From: Pseudomonadota bacterium
Lineage (GTDB): Bacteria > Pseudomonadota > Alphaproteobacteria > UBA1280 > RI-95
Length of the DNA: 64,000 nucleotides
Direction: 5' to 3'
Assembly (NCBI GenBank): GCA_016125375.1
Contig: WGLU01000003.1
Location: 36,954-100,953, forward strand
The translations under genes were made by a program, and so were the position numbers. This document shows, in pieces, positions 8,818 through 18,938 of the stretch. How positions within the stretch are numbered: the first letter of the stretch is position 1; every line of letters begins with the position of its first letter. The notes beneath the pieces were generated by a model. It saw nothing but the letters and a program-made list of their open reading frames with translations. It made no database searches and was not told the origin of the DNA.

Positions 8818-9360
8818 ATGGCGGATAAACAAAGCATTTTTGACGGTGTTAAACGGATCGCCATTATCGGCTACAGCAGTTCCGGCAAAACAACGCTCGC
8901 CAATGCCCTTAGCAGAAAACTGGATGTTCCCCATTATTCGCTAGATAAAATCCACCACCTGCCCGGATGGACGCCGCGCCCGTTTGAGGAGTTTGCACGC
9001 GAGCATGACAGCCTGATAGAGGAAAATGCATGGGTGATGGAGGGGAATTACTCCAAAACCATGCCCCAGCGCTTTGCCCGCGCTGATATGATTATCTATA
9101 TGGATTTTAACCGTATGGGCTGTGCCGTCCGTTGTCTTAAACGCTGGTGGCAATGGCGCGGGCAACAGCGGCCGGATGCGCCGGAAGGGTGTTACGAGGC
9201 TTTTCCGGCAGAGTTGTTGCGCTACATTCTGTTTGCATCGGCAAAGCGCAAACCTGTGTGGCAAAAACTGATTGTAGAAAATGCGCACAAACCCATAATA
9301 AGGCTGACCCGGTTCAGCGAACTGAAAGAGTTTTATAAACGCCATGAAGTTTCTCGATGA
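8818..9360 (+). CDS. Adenylate-kinase-like P-loop protein (topology modulation protein / FlaR family)
   Basis: RIAIIGYSSSGKTTLA, LDKIHHLPGW, WVMEGNY, RPDAPEGC. Confidence 0.8.
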   Translation: MADKQSIFDGVKRIAIIGYSSSGKTTLANALSRKLDVPHYSLDKIHHLPGWTPRPFEEFAREHDSLIEENAWVMEGNYSKTMPQRFARADMIIYMDFNRMGCAVRCLKRWWQWRGQQRPDAPEGCYEAFPAELLRYILFASAKRKPVWQKLIVENAHKPIIRLTRFSELKEFYKRHEVSR

Positions 9361-10393
9361 AGTGAAGATTTTTATCTCCTCCGGCCAAGGGGGGGATGGC
9401 TGCGTTGCTTTCCGGCGCGAGAAGTTCGTTCCTTTCGGCGGTCCGGACGGCGGCGACGGTGGTCGTGGCGGTCACGTTATTTTTGAGGCGGCGGATAACC
9501 TGAATACCCTGATCGACTTCCGTTACCATCAGCACTTTAAAGGTGCGCGTGGTGGCCACGGTATGGGTAAGAACCGCACAGGCAAAAGTGCCTCCGATAC
9601 AGTCATCAAAGTACCTGTGGGAACAGAGATTATTGACGACGAAACGGGCGAGATTCTGGCGGACATGACCGAAATCGGTCAGGTTTATATGGCGCTGAAG
9701 GGCGGGGATGGCGGTCAGGGTAACGCACGCTTTGCCACCTCTACCAATCAGGCACCGCGCAAGTTTACACCCGGTCACCCCGGGGAGGAGCGTTGGGTAC
9801 GCCTCAAACTCAAGCTGATTGCCGACATTGGTCTGCTTGGCCTGCCAAACGCAGGTAAGTCCACCTTTTTGGCCAACGTATCCAACGCGCGACCCAAAAT
9901 TGCAGACTATCCTTTTACGACGACCCACCCGCAGCTGGGTATGGTGCGCCACAAGGGGGTCGATTTTGTTGTTGCCGACCTGCCCGGCCTGATAGAAGGG
10001 GCTGCTGACGGTGTGGGTATGGGCCATAAGTTCCTCAAGCACCTCTCTCGTTGTGCAGGCATTCTGCACCTTGTGGATGGGCATTCCGAGGATCCTGCAA
10101 AAGATTATGAAACTATTCGTGAAGAAGTTGCCCAGTACGACGACGGTCTGCTGGAGCTGCCTTATCTGGTCGTGGTGACGAAAATTGACGCCATGGACCC
10201 AGAAAAAGTGACGGAAATGCAAAAAATCCTGAAGAAAGTGTCAGGAAAAAAAGAGGTGATGCTGCTGTCTGCCCCCACCCACGACGGTCTGGACAAAGTT
10301 TTGGACAAGCTGGCAAAGATGGTCGACGACCGCCGCCGCAAAGATGCCGAAAACCAGGAAGAAAACGCCCCCTTCACCGTGAGCCACGGCTAG
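9344..10393 (+). CDS. obgE: GTPase ObgE/CgtA
   Basis: MKFLDEVKI, FRREKFVPFGGPDGGDGG, GLPNAGKST, DYPFTT, DLPGLIEGA. Confidence 0.97.
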   Translation: MKFLDEVKIFISSGQGGDGCVAFRREKFVPFGGPDGGDGGRGGHVIFEAADNLNTLIDFRYHQHFKGARGGHGMGKNRTGKSASDTVIKVPVGTEIIDDETGEILADMTEIGQVYMALKGGDGGQGNARFATSTNQAPRKFTPGHPGEERWVRLKLKLIADIGLLGLPNAGKSTFLANVSNARPKIADYPFTTTHPQLGMVRHKGVDFVVADLPGLIEGAADGVGMGHKFLKHLSRCAGILHLVDGHSEDPAKDYETIREEVAQYDDGLLELPYLVVVTKIDAMDPEKVTEMQKILKKVSGKKEVMLLSAPTHDGLDKVLDKLAKMVDDRRRKDAENQEENAPFTVSHG

Positions 10394-10405
10394 AGGTATA
10401 CCGCA

Positions 10406-11311
10406 TCATCCTTTTGCAGAAGGATGTGCCTTGTCGTAAACCTCGAGCAGGTGTTTCAAGTCACCTGCGAGGTACCTTTGCGTGGTCGACAGGCTGGCAT
10501 GGCCAAGAAGCTCCTGCACCACACGTAAATCCGCCCCGCCCATCAGCAGGTGGGTGGCAAAGCAGTGCCGCAGGGCATGGGGTGTTAGATGGTCGGAGAG
10601 GTTGAGCTTGAGGCGCAGTTGCTCAAGCAGGCGCTGTACGTAGCGGGGCCCCAGTCTGCCACCGCGTGGTGCCAGAAACAGCGGTGCGTCCGGTTGTGGG
10701 CTGGGGTGGCGGTCATGCCACTGGCCGACCGCATCGCGGACAAGATTAAGCACGGGGACCTGCCGCTGCTTGTTGCCTTTACCGCTGACGATAATACTTT
10801 CTGCCAGAATATCCCCGCAGTTCAGGCTCAGCGCCTCGCTGATACGCAGGCCAAGGCCGTAAAGCACCATGAGCAGGGCAAAGTTTTGACGGTCAACCCA
10901 GCCGCTTTTCTCGTTCGGTGTAATGTACCGCAGGAGGCGGGCCGTATCGGTTTCATTCAGGGCATGGGGTGGGGGTGGGCGGTTGCGCACGCTGCGGGCC
11001 TGTAGCACGGCTTCGTTCTGCAAACCCTCGCGACGGGCCAGATAGCGGTAATAGGCGCGAATGGCGCTCAGGCGGCGGTTGACGGTGGTTTTGCTCAGTT
11101 TTTCGTTAAGCTGGCAACGGGCAAGATAGGCTGTCAGGTCGGTATGCGCGACCTGCATCAGACCATCCTTATTCATAGCCTGCCCCAGATGGCTGGCCAT
11201 GAACTGGCGAAAGTGAATAATATCCCGTTCGTAGGCAGCCAGCGTGTGGGCGGAGTAGCGCTTCTCGTGGCGCAGGTAGTCCAGAAAGCCTTTGAGCAGG
11301 GTATCTGTCAT
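10406..11311 (-). CDS. xerC: Tyrosine recombinase XerC
   Basis: GLRISE, GKGNKQR, TPHALRHCFATHLL, LLGHASLSTTQRY; downstream of DUF484 as in the housekeeping locus. Confidence 0.9.
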   Translation of the reverse strand: MTDTLLKGFLDYLRHEKRYSAHTLAAYERDIIHFRQFMASHLGQAMNKDGLMQVAHTDLTAYLARCQLNEKLSKTTVNRRLSAIRAYYRYLARREGLQNEAVLQARSVRNRPPPPHALNETDTARLLRYITPNEKSGWVDRQNFALLMVLYGLGLRISEALSLNCGDILAESIIVSGKGNKQRQVPVLNLVRDAVGQWHDRHPSPQPDAPLFLAPRGGRLGPRYVQRLLEQLRLKLNLSDHLTPHALRHCFATHLLMGGADLRVVQELLGHASLSTTQRYLAGDLKHLLEVYDKAHPSAKG

Positions 11312-12024
11312 TAAACCGCCTGTTTGCGTTTGGCGTCGCCGTCCGTCCAGCGCATCAGGGCGCAGCCCATCAGTCCGCCAAGGAAAGCGAGCAGATCGCC
11401 GGCCTGACCGGCGTGGAAACGATCACGGCGGGTACTGCCCAGCGCTAGCAGGCCCAGTGGCGTGCCGTCTGCGGTACGGATGCGGACAAGGGCGTCCGAT
11501 TGCAGCGCTGTTTGTTTTTCGCCATGCATGGTGCGGTCGTCGTCGGCACACAGGGTACGCAGTTTGGTGCCGTCGCCGTTCTTGAAGAAGGTATCCATTT
11601 GTGTGGTGCTGGCAGACGTTGTGCCGGCGGCGCCGTCAATATCCAGTGTTTCCAACAGGCAAAGGGTGACGGTTTCCACATCCATCGTGGTGCGCAGGGT
11701 GGTATCCAGAACGTCAAGCATCCCCTTCCAGTCGGCGGCGCCCAGCAGTTGCAGGGCAAGGTCATGGATCTGCGCCTGGCTCTCCATGTTTTGCAGGGAT
11801 GTGTGAATCAACAGGCGGTTTTTTTCTTCCAGTTTTTCCACCTGTGTTTGCAGGCGGCGTGCCTGAAATGCTGTCATGCTGGCGATATTGCCGCCTTCAA
11901 CGCCTTCCGGCAGGCTCAGGCGGGCAAAAAGATCGGGGCGCTGGGCCAGAAAATCCGTGTGCTTTTTCAGGAAAAGCTCAACGGCTTCGGGAGTGAGGGT
12001 GGCGGTAGACAGCTCTTTTTGCAT
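11311..12024 (-). CDS. DUF484 (YigA-like) protein
   Basis: V..FL..H.DFL...PDL N-terminus, GLLALGS....RFHAGQ..DLL.FLG C-terminus; coupled to xerC. Confidence 0.85.
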   Translation of the reverse strand: MQKELSTATLTPEAVELFLKKHTDFLAQRPDLFARLSLPEGVEGGNIASMTAFQARRLQTQVEKLEEKNRLLIHTSLQNMESQAQIHDLALQLLGAADWKGMLDVLDTTLRTTMDVETVTLCLLETLDIDGAAGTTSASTTQMDTFFKNGDGTKLRTLCADDDRTMHGEKQTALQSDALVRIRTADGTPLGLLALGSTRRDRFHAGQAGDLLAFLGGLMGCALMRWTDGDAKRKQAV

Positions 12025-12104
12025 TTTTTTTGTTTCCTAGGTGCGAAATATTTATTTTCAAGTGCTGTGAAGTAACTGTTTGCACCCCACATGTAATCTT
12101 GTAA

Positions 12105-12197
12105 GACGCCCGAAATTTTGGGCTCCGGTTCGGAAAGTCGGGCGTCCTGCTTCCCTCTTGTTTCTCTGGGCGCGTCCGAAAGGGCGCGTCTTTTTTT
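12105..12197 (+). ncRNA. Candidate small RNA (5' hairpin, CU-rich linker, terminator)
   Basis: gacgcccga(12105-13)/tcgggcgtc(12138-46) stem; CU-rich linker; gggcgcgtcc-gaaa-gggcgcgtc-T7; TAATCT at 12094-99. Confidence 0.45.
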
Positions 12198-12254
12198 CCG
12201 GTGTGTTACAATCCAAGTCTAGCAAAACTTAACGCCCGTGGTAAATGTTCCGTT

Positions 12255-14390
12255 ATGACCGTTGTTCGTGTCACTGTTCCGCTTTTTCTGCCCAAGGCGC
12301 TCGATTACGCCTTGGAAGAGGGTGCGCAGGGGGTGCTGAACCGTTTTGTGGAAGTACCGGTAGGTAAGAAAAAGGTCCACGGTCTGGTCACGGAACTGCC
12401 GGAAAGCTCCCCTTTCGACAAACTAAAAACCGCAACTTTGTTGGATGCACCGGCGGTTAGCGCCCAGACGAGCCAATTTTACCACTGGGTGGCGCGTTAT
12501 ACCCTGAGTTATCCGGGCGAGAGCCTGCGGGCTGCGTTGCCCGGTGGTTATGTACCAGAGCCTGTGGTACCGGATACGGGCTATTTGCCGACAGGTAAAA
12601 TGCCAGAAAAAATGACAGATACCCGTAAAAAGGTGCTTGATACGTCAGCAGAATGTGGTGAGGCACTGACACAGGCCGAGCTGGCGCGGCGAGCGGGTGT
12701 TTCACCTGCTGTCGTTAAAGGTTTGGCGGAACAGGGGTGCCTGCGCGCCGTCCCGATTCTGGATGCCGAGCCTGTTCTGTCACCGGCGCAGGTTCCCACA
12801 TTATCAGCCGCACAGAAGGCAGCGGCCGATGCCGTGGCGGCAGCGATGACAGGGCGCACCTTCACACCGTTCCTGCTTGATGGCGTGACAGGCAGCGGTA
12901 AGACCGAAGTATATTTTGATGTGTTGGCCGAGCAACTGGCGCAGTCTGACGGGCAAAGCCTGATTCTGGTGCCCGAAATCGCCCTCACGCCGCAATGGCT
13001 GGACAGGTTCGAGAAGCGTTTCGGCTTCAGGCCGGATGTATGGCACTCCTCTATCGCCGATGGCGCACGCCGTAAAACGTGGTGGCGCGTGCTGGAGGGC
13101 AAGGCGCGTGTGGTGATTGGCGCCCGCTCTGCGCTTTTTCTGCCGTTTGCCGACCTGCGCCTTGTTGTGGTGGATGAGGAACATGACAGCAGCTACAAGC
13201 AGGAGGAAGTCTTCCGCTACCATGGCCGTGACATGGCGATTGTCCGTGCCCGGCTGGCAAATTGTCCGGTTGTGCTGGCCTCTGCTACCCCCTCGCTGGA
13301 AAGCTGGAACAACACGGCTGAAGGGCGTTATACGCTGCTCCATTTGCCCGAGCGCCACGGGGATGCCCAGCTGCCCGCTGTACGGATGATTGACTTGCGA
13401 CAGAGCAAGACGGGGGCGGATGCCTACCTGTCGCCAACGCTGCTCGCGGCGATAGAAGACCGGCTGGCAAAGGGCGAGCAGACGCTCCTGTTCCTCAACC
13501 GCCGCGGTTACGCGCCGCTATTGATTTGCCGTGGCTGCGGTCACCGCTTTAACTGCCCCAGTTGCGACGCCTCGTTGGTGGTGCACGGTGCGCGCCTGAC
13601 CTGCCACCATTGCGGCTTTACCGAACACACGCCAGAAACCTGCCCCAGTTGCGACAGCCCCAGCCTGCACGCTTTTGGGCCCGGTACCCGCAAGGTCATT
13701 CAAGAGGTTCTGCAGCACTTTCCGCATGCCCGTGCCGCCGTGGCCGACCGGGACAGTGTGCAGAGCGACGCCGATATGGCCGATATCGTCACGCGTATGG
13801 AACAAGGTGCGCTGGATATTCTTATTGGCACGCAAATGATTGCAAAAGGGCACCACTTCCCCAACCTGACGCTGGTCGGTGTGATTGACGCTGATATGGG
13901 GCTAGCGCACGGGGATTTGCGCGCGGCTGAACGCACATTCCAGCTCCTGACGCAAGTTGCGGGGCGTGCGGGTCGTGCCGAAAAGCCCGGCGAGGTTCTG
14001 CTGCAAACCTATAACCCCGAGCATCCGCTTTTTGCAGCTCTCAAAACTTTTGACCGTGACGCCTTCTATGCGCTTGAGCTTAAAAGCCGTAAGGGAGGCG
14101 GGTTCCCGCCGTTTGGCCGCCTGACCGCACTGATTTTGAGTGGCCCGCGCGAAGGGGAGGTCATCACCTGCGGCCAGCATCTGGCACGGCAATTCCCTCA
14201 GGCGGACGGCCTGCGTCTGCTCGGCCCCGCGCCCGCACCCATAGCCCGCGTACGTGACAAGTACCGCTACCGCCTGTTGGTACGCAGCAGTCAACCTGCT
14301 CATGCATTGGTAAAGCACTGGCTGGAGAGTACTCCCGTGCCGAAGGGAGTGCGGATAGATATAGATGTGGATCCGCAAAGTTTTTATTGA
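12255..14390 (+). CDS. priA: Primosomal protein N' (replication restart helicase)
   Basis: GVTGSGKTEVY, DEEHD, SATPSLES, LNRRGY, four CxxC, QVAGRAGR, DVDPQSF. Confidence 0.97.
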   Translation: MTVVRVTVPLFLPKALDYALEEGAQGVLNRFVEVPVGKKKVHGLVTELPESSPFDKLKTATLLDAPAVSAQTSQFYHWVARYTLSYPGESLRAALPGGYVPEPVVPDTGYLPTGKMPEKMTDTRKKVLDTSAECGEALTQAELARRAGVSPAVVKGLAEQGCLRAVPILDAEPVLSPAQVPTLSAAQKAAADAVAAAMTGRTFTPFLLDGVTGSGKTEVYFDVLAEQLAQSDGQSLILVPEIALTPQWLDRFEKRFGFRPDVWHSSIADGARRKTWWRVLEGKARVVIGARSALFLPFADLRLVVVDEEHDSSYKQEEVFRYHGRDMAIVRARLANCPVVLASATPSLESWNNTAEGRYTLLHLPERHGDAQLPAVRMIDLRQSKTGADAYLSPTLLAAIEDRLAKGEQTLLFLNRRGYAPLLICRGCGHRFNCPSCDASLVVHGARLTCHHCGFTEHTPETCPSCDSPSLHAFGPGTRKVIQEVLQHFPHARAAVADRDSVQSDADMADIVTRMEQGALDILIGTQMIAKGHHFPNLTLVGVIDADMGLAHGDLRAAERTFQLLTQVAGRAGRAEKPGEVLLQTYNPEHPLFAALKTFDRDAFYALELKSRKGGGFPPFGRLTALILSGPREGEVITCGQHLARQFPQADGLRLLGPAPAPIARVRDKYRYRLLVRSSQPAHALVKHWLESTPVPKGVRIDIDVDPQSFY

Positions 14391-15109
14391 GCGCTGACAA
14401 ACTGCCAGATACTGGCGCCCTGCCGGAGGACAGCCTGGCCTGCCGCCTCATCAAAGGCGTGGAAGGTGTAGTGCTTCTCGGCGCTGCCGGTGTAGCGCAC
14501 AATCACGCGTTTGGCAGGTCGCTTGTCGGACGTGGCGATATGGATGACCTCTACCCCCAGCCCGCGTGTTTTGGCAAAGGCAAGCATCTCCGGCAGGTTA
14601 TGGCTGTGATTTATCAGCGTAATGGTACCGTTTTGTTTGGTGTGATCAGCCATCAGGTGCAGCCAATTGCCTAGAGTTGCTTCGGTCAGGCCGTGGGCGG
14701 TCCGCAAGGTGGGGCTTTGCTTCTCGAACCCGCGCTCTGTGACGTAGAAGGGTGGATTGGCCACGCTATGGTCTGCCCTAAAGTTTGGCGACAGGGGCGA
14801 TTGCGCTACATCGCCACGGATAAGCTGCACACGTGCCATGCGGCCGTTCAGGTTGATGTTTTTACGCGCGTACAGGCACATGTTCTCCTGTAACTCCAAA
14901 GCAGTCAGGCACAGGTTCAGATCTTTCAGGCGTTCTAAAAGGCATAGGCCCAATGCGCCTGTGCCGAAGCCCGGCTCGAACAGATGCTCCCCCCGTAAAG
15001 GTTCAACGGCAGATGCCGCCCATACCGCGTCGCTAGTCGGGGCATAAAGTTGGGGCGTGTGAACAAACTTCACACGCCCCCCCAGTAAGGTGATGATTTG
15101 AGCGGTCAT
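14384..15109 (-). CDS. SAM-dependent methyltransferase, tRNA1(Val) m6A37 (YfiC-like) family
   Basis: LLGGRV N-terminus, DAVW, EPGFGTG, ANPPFY, PAKRVIV. Confidence 0.75.
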   Translation of the reverse strand: MTAQIITLLGGRVKFVHTPQLYAPTSDAVWAASAVEPLRGEHLFEPGFGTGALGLCLLERLKDLNLCLTALELQENMCLYARKNINLNGRMARVQLIRGDVAQSPLSPNFRADHSVANPPFYVTERGFEKQSPTLRTAHGLTEATLGNWLHLMADHTKQNGTITLINHSHNLPEMLAFAKTRGLGVEVIHIATSDKRPAKRVIVRYTGSAEKHYTFHAFDEAAGQAVLRQGASIWQFVSAQ

Positions 15110-15119
15110 CCTGCCACCC

Positions 15120-18005
15120 TTATTTGGCTTGCAGCCCTTCTACCACGTGGGTATAGCGCTGGCGGCTCCAGTGGCGGTTGTGGGCACCACAGATAAGGTG
15201 ATTCTCGATGATGTTGCAACGAACTACCGCATCAAGAACGGTTCTGCCGTCGTTCATCGGGTAGGCATAGGTCAACTCGGTCGTATTTTTGTCCGGATTG
15301 TAGTAGCCCTCCAGCTCAATTGGCTCAGGCGTTGATGGGTGCAGAATCGTCCCTGTAACCGGATATACGGACAGGACTGCGCTTGTACCGTCAGCCATTT
15401 CCACGTTGCGTTGGATAATGCTGCCGGATGTGGTGATGTTCAGGATGCTCCCCACGGGCAGAACGTGGTCGGAGTTTGCGTCCGACGGAGAGAGCTGCTT
15501 GGTGATACCGAAGCGGCCATTGGGACGGATAGGTGCGCCAACCTTATCGGCGATTTGTTTGAAGATGTAGGGTTTGCCGTCACCTTCAGCTTTGACCACC
15601 AGCTCGCCGTTATCCATCTGGATAGACTTGATACGACCAAAGGCGCGGCCAACAGGCATGTCTTCCACCTGGCTCAGCAACTGGTCCAGCGGAATCGTCA
15701 ACTCCAGTGTTTCCGGGTTCACATCCGCACTCAGGCGCATTTTGTAGGTGCGGCCTTTATCGGTGATAAAGTTCTCGCTTACCTCAACCATGCCTACGGC
15801 ACTGGTCAGTGTCACGTTGGCCTTAAGCAGGTCGCTGCTGGGGCTGATTTCGATCGTGACGATGTGCAGATTATCGTCTATACGGCTGTAGCCGTAGGTC
15901 CCGACGTGTTTGTTTACTGCCTCGCGGAACTCTTTCAGGTAGGGTTCAGCCGCACGCAGATAGGACTGGTCGGTAATAACCATGAAGCGTTTTGCAGCTT
16001 CTTGCAGGTCGCCACGGTCATAGGCGTCAATACCGCGCATCAGCGAGGCAATCTGCGGACGGAGTTTTTCCGCACTTTCACGGAACTTCTCGCTGCCGGC
16101 TTTCCAGACTTTACGGGCATCATCCAGATCCTTGAGGCGCGTCAGCGACTCGTTGATGATGAAGTTATAGGTAATCTCGGGCTTCCAGCGTTCGGCCAGT
16201 TTGCTCCCTACTTCAGCCAGTTCAGGTGCAGTAATGCTCTTGTCATTGCTGATGCCCAGTTTAATGGCTGTGGTCAGGTGCTTGTCGCGGTCGGCTTTGT
16301 CCAGCTCGTCGTACATGCTAAGCAGGGCATTGGCTGTGCCGTACGGGCCTGCGGCGTTTACAGCCGCAGCGCGCAGGCGCGACTGGACGATTTCGGGGCG
16401 CGTGGCAAACTTCTGCTTGATGTAATCCAGCTTGGGATTGAGGTCGATGCGGGCTTCCTCGAACGAGCGCAGCAGGTCGCGTGGCGTGTAGGAAGCGATT
16501 TTATCGGCAACTTCCGGACTGGCCAGGTAGTCGCTGAACAGCTCGGACAGTTTGACTTCCAGGCTGAAGTTAATCTTCAGCGTGTTGGACAGGAAGTCGG
16601 CCAGACGCTCGATACGCTCGAAATCGTTGGTATTCCAGCTTTCCTGAATGCTCTCGATGACCAGACCGGCCACCTTGTCCACACTGTTGGCAACAACGTT
16701 CGGCTCGTAAGACGCGTAGTTGACCAGCGCGTCGACGTTTTTGGTGCCGACCGCCTTGGCAACGGCCTGCTCCAGCAGGTGGTTGGTCTGTTCGGTGAAG
16801 TTAAGCTGGTCGGCGTCGGAGCGGTAGATAATCTCCTTAAGCACGGGCACGATATCGTATCCTTCGTCCAGCATGTCCTTCAGGCGGCGCAACATAACGA
16901 TGTTGTTATCAATAATGACCTGAGAGGGCATTTTAGACAGGTCAACGTTGTCGTACATAAAGGTTAGCGGCTGGTCGAGGGCAATATTGTCCAGCGCCGG
17001 ACCAAAGAACGACTTCCAGCGGTTGGGATCGGCCGCATCGTAGACAATCGCCAGTTTGATCAGGCGTGTCTTGACGTAAATCTGGTGGTTCTTGAAGCCC
17101 TGTACGGGGGTGATTTTTTCGGACAGGCGGGCGATGACGGTCTCGTCGTTGGACATGTCGTCAAGGATATGGGACAGCAGCTTGCTGTTCTCATCACTCT
17201 CCTGCGCCTCAAGCCCGAAGGATTTGAAGAAGCTCAACATCGTTGTAAAGTAAACATCCCCGGCGTTTTCTGCTTCCGATTTTGTAACAGCGGTCATGTA
17301 CAGGAAGGTGATGGCCTTCATGGCGCGTTCGAGGTCAGGAGGGGAGATGTTTTCAAACACTGCCGGTGCGGCAGCCACTGCTGCGGGCAGGTCGTTATTC
17401 AGAATGCTTTGGTAGTAACTTGCTGTTTTGGCAATCGGGCTGTCAGCCTCTGCGGTGTTTTTAATGGCTTCCAGAATCATGCCGGCGGAATCTGCACGGC
17501 GTGCGGCCAGTTCGGCGTAGGCTTCATCCATCAGCATGCCGACCAGACGGGCTTTGGGCGCGCTATCTGGCAGGGCGTTTGCCACGAAAGCGTTATAAGA
17601 CTCCGGGCTTTGCTTTTGCGAAATTAGACGCGTCGCGTTCCGCAGAACCTTTTCGTAAACGTCGTAGGAGGTACCGTCGGGCAGCTTGACGGGGCCCTTA
17701 ACGGCGGACAAATATTTGCGGATTTTTTGCAGTGTCGCGGGGTCTTTTTGTGCGCAATCAATCGTGACGCACTTGGTGGTCAAAAGCTCGGCAACCATGC
17801 CGTTAATCGACGGGGCCGATTCTTCATCCACACCTTCGGCAATCGCTTTCTCAAGGGTCTGAATGGCTTCATCCCGCTTGCCTTCGTTCAGAAGTTCCAA
17901 GGCTTTTTCGCGGGGATTTTGGCCGCAACCCGCAAGGGCGACCAGCAATACAGCAAACAAGACCGAGCGCATGGATAGAGCACCCCATTTTTTATTTTTC
18001 TTCAT
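15120..18005 (-). CDS. Large (~950 aa) lipoprotein of unknown function
   Basis: Lipobox LLVALAG-C; uninterrupted ORF; TPR-like helical start; alternative start 17972. Confidence 0.8.
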   Translation of the reverse strand: MKKNKKWGALSMRSVLFAVLLVALAGCGQNPREKALELLNEGKRDEAIQTLEKAIAEGVDEESAPSINGMVAELLTTKCVTIDCAQKDPATLQKIRKYLSAVKGPVKLPDGTSYDVYEKVLRNATRLISQKQSPESYNAFVANALPDSAPKARLVGMLMDEAYAELAARRADSAGMILEAIKNTAEADSPIAKTASYYQSILNNDLPAAVAAAPAVFENISPPDLERAMKAITFLYMTAVTKSEAENAGDVYFTTMLSFFKSFGLEAQESDENSKLLSHILDDMSNDETVIARLSEKITPVQGFKNHQIYVKTRLIKLAIVYDAADPNRWKSFFGPALDNIALDQPLTFMYDNVDLSKMPSQVIIDNNIVMLRRLKDMLDEGYDIVPVLKEIIYRSDADQLNFTEQTNHLLEQAVAKAVGTKNVDALVNYASYEPNVVANSVDKVAGLVIESIQESWNTNDFERIERLADFLSNTLKINFSLEVKLSELFSDYLASPEVADKIASYTPRDLLRSFEEARIDLNPKLDYIKQKFATRPEIVQSRLRAAAVNAAGPYGTANALLSMYDELDKADRDKHLTTAIKLGISNDKSITAPELAEVGSKLAERWKPEITYNFIINESLTRLKDLDDARKVWKAGSEKFRESAEKLRPQIASLMRGIDAYDRGDLQEAAKRFMVITDQSYLRAAEPYLKEFREAVNKHVGTYGYSRIDDNLHIVTIEISPSSDLLKANVTLTSAVGMVEVSENFITDKGRTYKMRLSADVNPETLELTIPLDQLLSQVEDMPVGRAFGRIKSIQMDNGELVVKAEGDGKPYIFKQIADKVGAPIRPNGRFGITKQLSPSDANSDHVLPVGSILNITTSGSIIQRNVEMADGTSAVLSVYPVTGTILHPSTPEPIELEGYYNPDKNTTELTYAYPMNDGRTVLDAVVRCNIIENHLICGAHNRHWSRQRYTHVVEGLQAK

Positions 18006-18059
18006 GTACTGTTCAGTCTAAAGTTTAAGCCATTGTTTGTACAGAAAAAACAAGGGGTA

Positions 18060-18938
18060 ATGGTTATGCCTGAACGTCCTGTTCGGATGATTGCTAAGGC
18101 GCTGTTTACACTGGCGATTACGCTTTGCTCGTGGGGGCAAAGCGCTGTGGCGGATGATTGGTACCAGGCGGGTGAGGTGCTGACCTTTAATGTGTCGTAT
18201 CGTATGGGATTCTTTGATATTTCCGCCGGTCAGGCAGAGCTGCACTATGCGCCGGGCACAGACCATCGTTACACCCTCACCGCCCGCGCCTGGAACCGAG
18301 ACGGTGTGAAGGGCATCATCCAGATGCGTGACCGGATTGTGGCAAAAGGGCAACATGGTTCGGCGCAATCCTTTTTGACCGATACCTACACACTGCGTTT
18401 GAACGAAAATGACTATAAGGCTGACAAACTAGTCATTTTTGACCGCAAAAACGCTACAACCAGTTACACAAACCGCCGCGCACCCAACGAGCCTGCGAAA
18501 GTTCAGCCCTTGAAAGACCATGCCCGAGACCTATTTTCGGCGCTGTACAGTTTGCGTATGAGTGCTGTTGAAACAGACACCGGAAAAGTGTATACACTCC
18601 CTATCCGCGAGCTTGACCGTGCGCTGACCTTACAGGTAAAAGTGTTAGGGCATGAACGGCTGGAAACAAAGGCAGGCACATTCAATGCACTGCATGTGCA
18701 ACCGGTAACAATGGATGGACCGGATGGCCGTAAGAAAGACCGCCTGCATATCTGGGTGACAGATGATGCGCGGCATATGCCGCTACGGATAGAATTGCGT
18801 ATGGCGCTGGGTGCGTTTACGGGTGAGTTAGCCAGTTATGGCGGCCTGAATACACCAAGCCGTGCGCCAGAAGATTTGCCCCTGAGTGGCGATGTAACAA
18901 TGACGAAAGAGGTTCTACCCCATGCCAACCCGCTTTGA
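18060..18938 (+). CDS. DUF3108-family exported protein
   Basis: Signal peptide; GEVLTFNV, DLFSALY.LR, LETKAGTFNALHV, IWVTDDARHMPLRI; start may be 18066 or 18087. Confidence 0.75.
   Translation: MVMPERPVRMIAKALFTLAITLCSWGQSAVADDWYQAGEVLTFNVSYRMGFFDISAGQAELHYAPGTDHRYTLTARAWNRDGVKGIIQMRDRIVAKGQHGSAQSFLTDTYTLRLNENDYKADKLVIFDRKNATTSYTNRRAPNEPAKVQPLKDHARDLFSALYSLRMSAVETDTGKVYTLPIRELDRALTLQVKVLGHERLETKAGTFNALHVQPVTMDGPDGRKKDRLHIWVTDDARHMPLRIELRMALGAFTGELASYGGLNTPSRAPEDLPLSGDVTMTKEVLPHANPL

Noticed and set aside
10406..11311. Tyrosine recombinase as integrase of a mobile element or integron
   Set aside because: DUF484-xerC/priA context is the housekeeping locus; no att or attC repeats seen
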